From: Balanoglossus misakiensis
Taxonomy: Eukaryota > Animalia > Hemichordata
NCBI GenBank assembly: GCA_040954595.2
Contig: CM082593.2
Coordinates: 1,957,830-2,021,829 of the forward strand
Length of the DNA: 64,000 bases
Direction of reading: 5' to 3'
Shown: positions 23,014 through 35,648 of the stretch, piece by piece
Layout of the letters: the number at the start of each line of letters is the position of its first letter
Numbering within the stretch: the stretch's first letter is position 1
The notes under the pieces: model-generated
Told to the model about the DNA's origin: nothing
The model's input: only the letters and a program-made list of their open reading frames with translations
Database searches by the model: none
Position numbers and translations under genes: made by a program

Positions 23014-26000
23014 CTACTTCTCAGCGCTTTCCTCCATATCATCTTTATTGCCATCATCCCCTTCCGGCTCATTCTCCTCATCTTCCAAATCTTCTTCTTT
23101 AAGAGCTTCTGAAACACCTTCCATCAACATCTGCAAGGTGCCCTGAGCAGATTGCAAAGCCTGTTGGTAGTGATGTCTCCCCTTTTGAGCCGAGTCTCTC
23201 TGTTTCTGCGCCTGAGAAAGGCTTTTCCTGAGTTCTTGAAGGTTTGATGACAATTCTTTGGCAGTGGTTTCCATCGTGCTGGTTGTGTTACGATAATCCT
23301 CTGTTGGGGTAGAGAAATCATATGAACTTATAAAACCTGTTTTCAAGACATGAATGAGTGATAATATTTCTAGTAGAAAGTATAGTTTGCAGCACTTAAG
23401 TCTCATGCTTGCAATCATTAATAAAGGTTGATTCTAAAAGTCCAAAAAATTACTGTAATTTTGTGTTTTGATCCTAAGCTTACCAAGTGAAACTTCTAAT
23501 TCTTTGACTTTGTCCTCTGCTGCTATCCTAGCCTGATCGCTTTTATCAAGTCTCTGTAATAAGCTGCGGATATCCACGACTGCTCCTTGGTAAGTGACCA
23601 GTCCAGTCTCTGTCTCTTTCTTTTCCTCTGGTTTGACCTCTTCTTTTATGCTTGGTAGAAAGGCAAGATTTCCTGCAAGAAGATGAAAAATCCAATGATT
23701 GTGAACAAGAGAACTCACAGTCCAGAAATAAAAGTGCTGTTGTTCTATACCTGGACTAAACTAGTCCCCCATCCAGGTCCAAATACTGATTGTAGCAGAG
23801 CCTTCAGATCAATCAATTATGCAAATCTTCGGTCTTACTTATTTTGGAAGACCAATCCCAACTCACCAACTGGGAGATCTTCCTCAACCTCTTCTTTGAT
23901 TTCACTCGTACCAGTACTTTCTTTTTCCTCCTTTGATGTTTTATCTTTGCTGAACCGATCTGTAAGTCTTCTGTAGTATACTGTATCTCGCACACTGACT
24001 TTCTGTACCAGCTTTCGAATCTGAAAATAAAAGATTCATTCTTTATTTTCTCTATATTGGCTGCTCCCTTGCTGGTTATGATAATAGTGGTCTCAAATTT
24101 GGTACTGTTGGTACTAGAAGTAAAATGTTTTGATCAACGACACAACATCACAACACAGCCACCCTTGGCCTTAAAGACAGACATTGAGAGTTCCAGGTTT
24201 CTGGTACAATGAACTGATGATGTAAAAACTAAGAATAATAATTTACCTGTGCTCTGGACAAATGAAGACCAACAGTGTGAAGGATTTCCTCCACATCTCT
24301 GTCCAGAAGGTATCCGCAGTGACTTTGATCAAAATACACAAAGGACAACAACAGGTGAGGGTCATTGGTGAAGTCTCGTTCCCGTTCTCGACTACCGCTT
24401 CGATGGCCATGGCTGTGATCACCGTTGTGTCCTTTGGAGCGTTTGCCGCGATGTTCGTGCTTTTTGTCCTCTTGTTTCTTGTCATCTGTGAATAAGTAAA
24501 GATCAAGCATGGATTTGGTCAAAAAATCAAATCTGTATATATCAGTTAACATATAAACTTTGCAGCACTCTTTCCAGTGATGTTTCTGTTTTTAAGGTCA
24601 CAATGGCTATTTTACGCGAGCGATTGTTGAGTGAGGATTCTGAGATGAAGTACAACAAATGTTAACAAGACACAAAAATTTTAATTACCATGATTATTTT
24701 TATTGTCTGAATCATCCCCATCCTCTTCTTCATCATCTTCATTCTCTGCATCATCCTCTTGATCATCTTGTTTATCATCCTAGTTTTGTGGAGAAAAAAT
24801 CAATAAACCTTGATGATTAAGGCAGAATGCATCGTGAAAATCAAATTCTTACAGTTTTTCATATTTTGATAAACTTGCATAAAAAAGATTCAACTTATTT
24901 GAGAATCCGTGAACAAGGACATTACCTTATCATCCTTGCTATCTTTGCTATCTTCATCATCCGTTTTCCTTCGCTTGTGTTTTGGTTCATCTTCTTCCTT
25001 CTCCTTATGTTTGTCTTTTTCTTTTTCTTTCTCTTTACTTTTGTCTTTACTTTTATCTTTTTTATCCTACACAACGAAATTGAAATTCCGAGTTGAACAT
25101 CTTCCTAGAGGGTAACGAAAGGTGTTTGTAATCTGCCCCTGACTTAGTTCACTAGTCTATTGTGTACAAAGACCAGGTTTAACCCTCTCACCCCCAGTTC
25201 CCTCAATAGAGAACCAACTTCACCATAGAAAACAATGGCTTTGGACTGAACCATGGTGGTGAAAGGGTTAATCTCCCCAGTTCAGTAAACTTATTGTACT
25301 CACAGTTGGCAGCAACACTATGGACTGTGAAGACACAAAATAGTTGGAGACACCAACCGTTATCAAGAAACAGAACAGAAAAGTTTCTGATGGATGATCA
25401 TGTATGCTTCAAGATGAATAAAAGTAGAATTTAATATCCCACCTTTTCATCTTTTTTGTCTGGCAGATGATCCAAGGCTTTGAAGATGTTGGCACCAAAA
25501 TCTCTTTGCAGCATTTCATTAAAAAGTTCGGCAAATAACGATACCTGTAAAATTAAAAAAAATTGCCAGACATCAGGACTGGTGCAGCTATAACTTCCAA
25601 AACTTGACAGTCCTGCTAGAAAGTTGCCTGTCTCTGACGGGAGGACAGGTGCTAGTTTCCAACACTGGGTAATAGCTTCGCCTCATATTTTTAAATTCAG
25701 CTTATGTACATTCCAACTCTCTCTACTAACCTCAAACGAGTGTTCTTTGTTGTCTTCTATCCTGTAATCCAACAAGACACTGAGAGAAACCACAGCACAG
25801 TCAAATTTTCCACCCTTGGCTGTCGTGGATGGATGAACAATAATTGCCTGGTTTTCAGGCAGAGTATATTTCTTTTCCAAAGCCAGGCGTTCTTTCTCCT
25901 CTTTCTTCTTCTTTTCCTCTTCCTACAATTGGCAAAATGGAAAGATGTTTTATCTGGTGCCATCAAGATGCTTGTGATAGTACTAGCTTTTTCACTTGAG

Positions 26001-29000
26001 TGCTGGTGGTCAAGCAGTTGTCATAGATCATGTTTTGCATGAACAAACAGAAGTATCCTTCAGTGCAGAAACAGATCATAAACTGATTTCCACATAAGTA
26101 AACCTACCTCTTTCTTGCTATCAGAAACACTATCATCCTCTCTGTCATCTGTTTTGACCTCTTCTTCCTCTTCTTTTTCATCGACACTGTCGCCCTGCTC
26201 TTCCTCAACTTCTGCCTCCGTCTTGAGAGCCTTTGTCAGCCTGGCTATCAGCTGTGATTTCAAACCTTTGGAGTTTATACCCCTGGCTTCCAATTCTTTC
26301 CTGAGATCTCCAACCTGCAACACAACACACAAAGTGTTACTGTACTTTATTGATTAAAGAAACCAGTACATAATCAAGCACAATGGACTAGAATTTAAGC
26401 ATCTATCAATGGTAATAATTTTACTTGATCAACTCGGAAGTTAGAAGACCTCGGCAAATCAGATAATATTATGGTTTGGAGAAAACTAACCTTCATGTTT
26501 CTGGGATCAAGAAGTTTGTGGTTTGTGGGAATATTCTTCTCTTCTGATTCCTCTTCAACCTCAGTCGTAGTGTCTTCCTCCTACAAAAACAAAAAACACG
26601 CCAGTGTCAGTCACGTTCTGCTTGTGGCGGCTGAAGTATCTCCACACGACGTGTTAACCGGCCAGCCAAACAGAGGTCACACCAAACGTAGAAATAGAAA
26701 AAAAAAAGTTTCTGATTGTGTCAGGGAAGATGAAAAAAGTCCAGGTGAAACGAACTACGGTTTCTATGTAGCAAATCTACAAGTTAACCTGCTAAGCAAT
26801 CTGGGAGGATAGGAACCAAACCAACTATGACCTTGCCCTAATTTCATGATTTTAAACTAGTGAAGGTTTTTCTTTCTTGTTTTACAATGGTGTTTGGAAG
26901 GTTAGTATTATTTGCAAGGCGCTGTTGATGATGGTGAAGGAGAATACTATCACACAGTTTGGTCTTTATTTCTTTGCCGTTACAGTTTATGAATTGGAAG
27001 AAGACAACGTTTCGCACGAAATGGTGTGGAACATCAGTGGCAAAATAAGGCTACATCACCTGATGTTGACTCTGAAAACAAAACGTAGAATTTCATTAAG
27101 GAAACACAGTCATGTGTAATTATCAGGGGTACGAAAAGAAAAACAGACTACAACATAGAGTTTAATCTTCGTGTCTTCTGGAATACAGACGGTTTTGTTC
27201 AAGTCTTTACGGGGGAAACCACCTCATCCCCGGCCATCGCTTCTCTGAATTTGTCTAGTTAGAACTAAAATATCCGTGTTAACTGTTTCTTGGGTTGCAC
27301 AAGTCTTTTGTTGCCAAACTCCTACACAGGGGCACTGTGACCACCACATGGTGGTCACATGATAGGCACATGACTTATATATACTCCCCAAATTGCAGCC
27401 ACATGATGATCACATGGTGATCACATGACTTATATAGTCACTAAAATGTTCTGCTATTCTCTGAACATTGATCACATACTTGACTAATTGAAGAATCAAA
27501 TGAAGAAAATGCAAACAAGTAAAATGGAGAAAAAACAGTCGGTATTTGTGAGTGGTGTGAGTGTGTGTGAAGTGTATCAAAAGTGTATTATCAATCAGTG
27601 CCTGTATATCCAGTGTTGCCTCCTTGTGCTCGCTCGAGATCTTGTCTGCTAGTTGCTTTTTATAGTTAGCACTCAAGCCTTCCCATTCTAAACGAGTAGG
27701 TAAACAATGCCAGACATCCGGCAGGAAAATTACTACAGTTTCCACACGCGCTGGAATCAGGCGGCCTTTATACATCTCCTCGGCTCGGTGATATCGCACT
27801 TCGGCGAAACGCCACCTATTTAAAAGGGGTTTAGATGGCATGATAGTTAAAACATTCACGTGTTTGTGTTTCTTTGAATAATTTTTATGAAAAAATAGGG
27901 GTTCAAAATGTAAGTGTTTCCCTGAGTGTGTATATGAATTTTGTTGTTGTGCGTGTTTCTTTGTACATGACACTGTGTCCTCGGTTGGTCATTGTGGCTG
28001 CTGTATTCATTTGTGCTGGGTTGGACTGTGTGTTTGGTTTTATGCATGTGTGTGTATTTCACGGGGTCTATTTGTAAATAAAGGCCTAAATCTTTCACAC
28101 ACGTACTCATCAAAAGCTGCCACAAGAATTGGGGGGCTCAGCATGCACATACAACATACGTCTTGGAACAAGCCAACATAAATCTGTTATGCTGATACGA
28201 TATGGACTGATTATCTTCTCTTCCAAACAGAAAGGCAATGTGATGGAAAGATTCTTGCTGTGATGATCCATGGATATGAAAGAAAGAAATTACATGGAAA
28301 CCAAATATACTGGCTACAAAATCCCATCCCACATGGTACTTTTTGACCAGCTCAGAAAGTTTTGTCTTATCCACAAAGTGATTTAAGTTTATAAAAAAAC
28401 GTGAGCCATAGTAATTAATTAATAGGACAGCAATATCCTTTCCTCATAATGCCTTTTCAAGTTATGAACACATTTAAGAAAACCACATTCAACAACGAGG
28501 AAATGTGAAGAAAAAGAGTGGATGCTATTTCTCTCTGAAAGTTAAAAAGTGGACTGTGCATCTTAATAACATTTTAGTCAGGAAGGAGGGTAGAAGTACA
28601 CATCACACTGCATACCACAAATGTTGACATCAACCTCTTCACACCGTACTGACTCATTGCATACAACGCTGTGTTAAAACTTGCATGAGTTTGAACAGTG
28701 GTGGAGTTTTGGGGCGTGAGTGAGAACAGCGAACTCACCAGTGTGTGCAGCCACTCAGGTCGATACCAGTCAGTGCTTTACAGGTACGGATAGCGGTATT
28801 GATGAGAACTCTGTCGTCGTTGGCTGGGTCCGAGCCATCCAAGGAGGGCGACCAGGGCCCTCCGATTGCTATGGCCTCGTTTTTGCCCTTCATACCTACC
28901 AAGAATTGGATCAGGCGGGTAGGGTGTTGGAAATTGTCGCGGATATCTGACGAGTCTTCTGCCAGGGCACATGAATGACGGTATAGCTCTGACACAACTG

Positions 29001-32000
29001 GGGATGCCATAAGCATAACCTAGAAGAGAGCAAAACATTTACTGAATGACATTGGACAGCTTAAATTAACCCTTTCACCGCCATCGGTCCAAACCCATTG
29101 TTTTCTATGGTAAAGTTGGACCTCTATACATTTGCTGAAGATGTCCTCAATAGATAAAGTTTACAGTATTTACCTTAGCACTAAACAGATGATCTGCATC
29201 TGATGGCTCTAACACTGCTTCATTTGGATCAAGAGGTTCCACTTCTTTGGGCATTATATGGTAGCTACACGGGTTATTGAGGGATAGTGGGCGCTGTAGG
29301 GGAAAGGCGTCCATCCAGGTATAGCTGGCGTTGAAGAAATCACTTGGAATGTACATGTTGGTATATCGTCTCCTTAGCTCGGTCACGTTAGATTGAGAAC
29401 TGTACAGTATCAAAAAAACAGAGGGGTGAATAAATACAAGGTGATTAACAGTGCTACACTGGAAATTCTCGATACTTTGGTTCAACAAAAGTTCCAGGAA
29501 TGGTTAATATGCAGCATAGACTTGACAGAGAACTGTTCACTACAAGCATTTATATTCTAGGTTCAGACTGAATTCAAGAATCACAGAGCAATGCACACAT
29601 GGTCTGTTCAATAAAAATTAAAATTGATTTTATAGCAAGTCAGTCAAGTCAGACATCTACGACCTATACTTACATGTCTAATGAAAATTTAGCAAACTGT
29701 ACGACGTATCTTGGTACCACACGTCTCGGTCTTGGTGAACGACGCCGTGGTGATCGTGATCGTTTCCTGACTGGAGATCTATCCTTTTCGCGATACCTGT
29801 GTTCACGTTCTCTTTCACGTTCCCTCTCCCTGTCTCGCTCTCGTTCCCTCTCTCGTTCGCGGTCTCGTTCTCTCTCTCTCTCCCTGCGATCATCTCGTCT
29901 TTCATCTCTGCGTGGCATCACTGGTGGTTCTCGTCTGCGCACTGGTTGAACTGATGGTCTGCTTGGTGGCGCTTGGAGAAGGCCCCCACCTACAATCAAC
30001 AGGACCATCTTGTATTTTTTGTGCTCTGGTTTAATTTCAATTAACATCACCTTTCCATGTGACTGACTTAATACACGTACTCTTGTGGTTGACTAGCTTT
30101 GTAATAGAATATTTCATACAAATAATATAATAATGCAATCAACAAAAGCTACTGTGCAATTATCATGCTGCTTCATGATCAACCTCACAGTGGCTTCAAT
30201 TAGACATGCTAACAATAGAAGATTATCTATCCATTGAAACCTAACAAATTATCCTTTGCTTGTAATTTTCCTGGAATCACAAGGCACCCTTAATTTGTGG
30301 TTGGTAATTTTAACTGTAAAATGCTGTGATGCGTTTACCTGGCTGTGGTGGCATTGGCTGAGGAGGTTGTGACAACAAGGAGGGTATCGGGGGAGGTTGT
30401 TGTACAACCTGTGGCATGACTCCTTTCCCCATCGCCCCACCAGACATCATCGGTGTGTTCACCACAGCCTGGGAGAACCCTGGTGGCTGTTTCAGTAACG
30501 GCTGATTCTGGTTGGGCAGGACTTGGATCCTGGTTGCATTCCACTTGAAAGGCATGCTTGCATTGAATGTAGCCTCCACTAATACCCTGTCTCTGACCTT
30601 CGGAGGGGGGCCTTTGACGCAACTGTGGAACAGACGAAGACATCACAATGTGCATAAGAATAATACGGTACTAATCTACAAACAGTCACACTCCCTTTGG
30701 CCTCCACTTACTGATAAAAATTTAATGTTCTGTAATAAGCAACTCACCTCATTTGAAAGAACACATCATCATCGACAAATCCAAAATTATCATGCAGCTT
30801 ATTGACACACCCTGTGAAAACCCGCTGTTTAGGTTGATTCTGCGACCCCCTTGGGGTTGGATAGCTAACGGTTAGCTGTGGGGGATTGACACCCGGGGTG
30901 GTAGCAACTGTTGGCACAGGCTAGGAGGGAGAAAGAAACGTATTAATGAGGAACAGAAAGAAAAAATATATTTATAATGGAGATATAAATTTCAATCATT
31001 TCCTGTTGTTTGCAGTTTTACTTCTAGTCTGTCACAAAATGCCAAACCATTTACATTGTTGAACTAGTGTACATCATAAAAGGCATTGGATAATTATCCT
31101 TATCAGTTGCCATGCTACAAGCAGGACAATGAGAACTATGCAAATTGTCTGTAATCTCCTGCCATGAAATAAGACTCTTTTCTCATTCCGTGATTGAAAT
31201 GGCATTTGCTGATTACAAATGGCCAAATAAAATTAGATTTATGTCTGTCAGAACTAATCCGCAGGAAGCCCTTGGGTAATTTTTCTCTCATCTGTACTTA
31301 GTGAGAATAGTGGCTTTAGTATGCATTAATAAAATTACAGTTTCTACTTGCAGGGGCGAGTAATAAAATTTCTGAAATGTATGGGTCTATTCTACACTGA
31401 AAGCAATGCAAGTGGCTGATAATTTTGTCTTTATTTGCACTGCCGTGTTTTAAAATTCCTGAGAGTACTGAGCTTTATTTTGCTTTGAATGCAGAGAAAA
31501 TTCACAATGTTTCAACTGCATGCAAAAAGGCATAATTTTGTAGCTATGGACAGATTCCATGGCTATTTCACTTCAATCCTGTATGCTGATATTCACCTGT
31601 TTTGCTGCAGCCACTGCTACCACTTGCTGAAGTTGCTGCTGTTGTTGCTGGTGTTGCTGTTGAAGCTGCAAGTAAAATAAAACATCAGTTCATCATTTGG
31701 ACATTGATAAACATTTTAAAACTTATTCTGGTATCGTGAGATCTTTACATACCCTGCTGTAAATATTGACATTTTCCCATTGTCACATATATTTCTATAC
31801 CCTTTTTGTGACTTGTCTTTCTGAGTTCCTTACCTGCTGGAGAGCAGCAGTCTGTTGTAAAACTTGCTGCTGCTGTTGAAGAGTAAATGTATTGGCCACT
31901 GCGGCCGCTGCCGGGGTCTGTGTTGCCAGGGCAACATTTTGAGAGTAGAGGGTTGGGCTGGACCCTAGAAGTGCTTGGGCTGTGGCTTGTTGTTGTTGCT

Positions 32001-33473
32001 GCTGTTGTACCAGTGCTTGACCTGAGGTTGGAAGACAATTACAATTACTAATTATAACATTTCTGAAATATTTGTCAAGTAACATCAAATTAGGAGTGTT
32101 ATGTATTCACAATCTGTTTCGGAATTTAAACGAAATATTTTCCTAAATGTTGCACTGAATACATCGATTAATTTTTACTTGGGTGTTCTTCAAAATTCTT
32201 GAAAAATTCCTGATCTGCTTTCACAGTGCACACAGAAGCCACGTCTCAATGTATTCCAGGACATACCTCACCCAGAAATGACCTAACAGTATTCAAAAGA
32301 GACCTTGCCCTGTAAAGCACAGGGTCAACCTTTCTAGGACTATAACTCAGCATGTGATATATTATTGGAGTGCATTCTTTGTTTGAGAGGATTTGAAGCT
32401 TTTTTTTTGAGTAGAGGGATGTCTGGTGGGAAGTGAGATCGAAACATTGTAAACCAGATTAGCTTCATAGTCATATATACTGATACGTGAAGTCCCTGGG
32501 TGGGGATGATGGGCAAAACAAGACTGAAGTATATTCTACGTGGTGTTTATTCTTTGTATAGTTTTAGTTGGTATGGTTACAAAAATTTAACAATGATATG
32601 TCTAGACACAACGCCCATGCAATTTAATGAGCAGTCTGTGTTTTCAGGTCGAGGAATTATGTCAATAGGGGTGACTTGTAGGTTCTGACCACCGACTGAC
32701 GCCTTTCAGGAGATCTCATAATATCAGTGAATGCCTATACACAATATTGATTTATGAACCAACAATCTTAGTCTGGAACCCCTTTGTAATAATCTTTGTG
32801 GCTGAAGTAAAGTTGAATAAGAGGGCACAGTACGTGCTGAGATCAAATAAAATAAACCTGATTACACAACTATGTGATAAAGTGGAGGGCGTAAACTGGA
32901 TTCTGTATAAATGACCTTATGCTAGTACATGTAGTGGCACATAAAACCACAATGAACAATAGCTCTTTATATCGTTCAACAATATTGTTCAAATCTTTGT
33001 GATTTTTTATTTTGTTGAAAAATAGTTAGCTGCGGCAGTCAACCATCAGTATGTGTTGCAACATGTTTTCCATCTGAGTATCAATGCACAAACTAAGTAC
33101 TCATGGGTAATTTGACGATCACAGTTTCTCAGAAAAAAAATCACATTTTCCCCATAACTCCATTTCATCAAAATCTTGCCAATGAAAATATTATCAATAT
33201 TACATCTACTGTCCCTCTACATTTCCAGGATGCTAAATTTCCTGCAGATCCACTCTTTCCCGAGGCTTTTATAGCCTGACCTCGTTTCCAAATGCAACTG
33301 TACAAAGTGAACAAAAATGCGAAATAGAACTTACTCGCTAGAACAGTGGCAGTTCCTCCAGCAGGAGCAACAGTGGATGGAACACCAGCTTGGACACCAG
33401 CTTGCAAAGCTGCCCATGGTGGGTCCTTCCTAGGTGGACCCGGGCCACCCCCAGCCACACTAAATTGAGACAT
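23014..33473 (-). CDS. CCAR1: Cell division cycle and apoptosis regulator 1 (CCAR1/CCAR2 family), multi-exon
   Basis: MSQFS..KDPPWA start; Q-rich region; S1-like region (PFKWNATRIQ); RE/RS-rich exon; DBC1 domain (IGGPWSPSLDG, WRFAEVRYHR); SAP domain (VGDLRKELEARGINSKGLKSQLIARL); EF-hand-like FVYFDQSHCGYL; C-terminal coiled coil. Likely non-coding exon 1 at ~36982-37070. Confidence 0.93.
25179..25271. mobile_element. piggyBac-type MITE (85 bp, TTAA TSD) in a CCAR1 intron
   Basis: TTAA-CCCTCTCACC...GGTGAAAGGG-TTAA: CCC/GGG termini with TTAA flanks; a related copy lies at 29066-29130. Confidence 0.7.
29066..29130. mobile_element. Truncated second copy of the same MITE, opposite orientation
   Basis: TTAACCCTTTCACCGCCAT..CCATTGTTTTCTATGGTAAAGTTGG aligns to the reverse complement of ~25207-25271. 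Confidence 0.7.
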
Positions 33474-35490
33474 GCTTCGTCTTCTCTTGAACAATTAACC
33501 TGCAAAATCAGCACATAAGTCTCTGTGTTATTATACAAAGTAAAAACTGTATACAGTATCTTAGAAGAACATTTCTACTCCAACCTATCAAAGCAATGTG
33601 CCTCGATCACAATACTTATCATTTATGCAGCATAAAAAAAACACGTCGCCGTTCCCTACATCTGATTTTAATCAGACTGACCGTAAATCACCATCATCCA
33701 TAGGCTGCTGTTTATATTGTATGCTTGAGATGGGACAAGTGTTAAAATTTTGAGTGGTCCAGATCCCGTAACAATTTAAAACCTGCCAGCTTTTAACTTT
33801 CAGTTCCTAGACCAAAGTGACAGCAATAGACAAGTGAAAGAGACACAGCTTACAGGCAGACATCAGGATATTAGTCACTTTAATGACGTGGCAGCGAGTT
33901 GAAATTATGCCTTCTGGGGATTTACAACTCAATGGAGAAGACACTGGCTTATCTGGCTGTGAGACAAGCTCAGGTGTTTATAATTATAGTGACTGTAATT
34001 TTAGTGCCGCGTACACACAGATGCACAGTGCCCTTGTAGGTTCACATCACTCAATTTTTGTAGGACTCGATTCATCCTGTTGTAGCTCACGATTTTATGA
34101 GAACTGACAGTTGCTGTGTCTGTGGACGCATCCTCCGCCTATATTTGGAACAATGTGACGCTGAAGTCTGGTGCACACTACGGATAGCTATACTGTCTAA
34201 CCTTTACGGTACAATGCAGTCTGATGGGGGACGAGGTTGATCCAGTGTTAGGGATATACACTGGTCATCGTCACAATACTGAATAGAATAGGAAGAAACG
34301 ACCAATACTTGTCTGACTTCTGTAGAGACAAAATCATGCAAAAGTTCTTTTTTTCTCTCAGTTCTCTTTTTGTATGGATTATATGACGTACCCGGAATGG
34401 AAATTTCCACGCAAGTAGCTACAAACACGCCCCTTGGTTGCAATATTTGGCAGGTACAATAGTCCAAATAAAATCTGACGAACAGAGAATGAATAGCCCA
34501 AAAGGTTGCATTTGATTGGGTGAAGGTCAAATACATAAATATGTAGGACACTGAAGAAATCAAGGTCAAAGCAGTGGAATCAGATCTGCTGTTGCCATGG
34601 AGAATTTTTTAATCTACTGAGTATTGAGGGGGAAGCGAATTATCTGTCTCATTCTGCTTTTCAATTATTAATTACAATTGGAGGCTATATTTGCTGAATT
34701 TTAAATTTAATTTTCTACGTTCTTTGTATCACAGCCCCAGGAAAAAAACTGTCTGATAAGATTGCATTACATTGTGAGAAGCAAAATGTAGGTTGGGTCA
34801 CCACACTTTTTATATGACCCTTAGAATCAAACAAGGGCATGTCATGTGCAAATGAGGACATATGCATAATAAGTAGCACAACTGGTAACACATCTGGTGT
34901 GATTTATCAAGTGTTCATTTCATAGACGCACACTATTAACAAACATCATGTTCCATCTGTGGCATGTAGTTAATAAAAGTGAAAGAAAAAACCCACATAT
35001 TTTTACTTCCATGTGAATTAACTATTTTAATGTGATCCTTTCATGTAAATGTTTCAGCGTAATGTAGACACACTAGCCTGTGAGGGGGGTAACCCCACTC
35101 CCTTGGATATGAAAACCTACCATTCAAATTATGTCTCACAAAACTAAGCACATAGAATAAGAATACTGTGTAGTCCATGTCATTCCTTCATGTGTTTCTA
35201 TATAAAGGAACAGACGTCATCATCACGCATCATGTCATGTCATGTGCCAGAGCTTTTGGATTGTACTTTGGTATTATTATTAACTCTGGCTAACAGTGTC
35301 AGGTTCCTCTCTCAGTATGCATTTGGCATGGCATTTCCTCCACAGACTTAGACACGTCATCAAAACATTGTCTTTACATCAATGCTACCGTGATGCTAGC
35401 TGATTGAAATAGCTGCATGCACAAATAACAGTGCACATCAAGTGTCCTTTTCCGATTAACCAATGCTGGGCTAACAATTAGGATAGCCCA

Positions 35491-35648
35491 TAGCCCTGTG
35501 TACAGGTTTGTGTGTTCGCGGCGTTACACGGCCTCCACCGTGGTAATGCCGCGAACACACAGACCTGCACGCAGGTTTGTGTGTTCGCGGCGTTACACGG
35601 CCTCCACCGTGGTAATGCCGCGAACACACAGACCTGCACGCAGGGCTA
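35491..35648. mobile_element. Foldback MITE with TAGCCCTG/CAGGGCTA termini, 9-bp TSD and an internal 69-bp tandem duplication
   Basis: TSD GATAGCCCA at 35482-35490 and 35649-35657. Units start at 35503 and 35572, each a hairpin with 25-bp arms. Confidence 0.8.

Noticed and set aside
35503-35640. Palindromic direct repeats resembling a CRISPR array
   Set aside because: Only two identical units, no unique spacers, no cas genes, eukaryotic intron; TIRs and a TSD explain it as a MITE.
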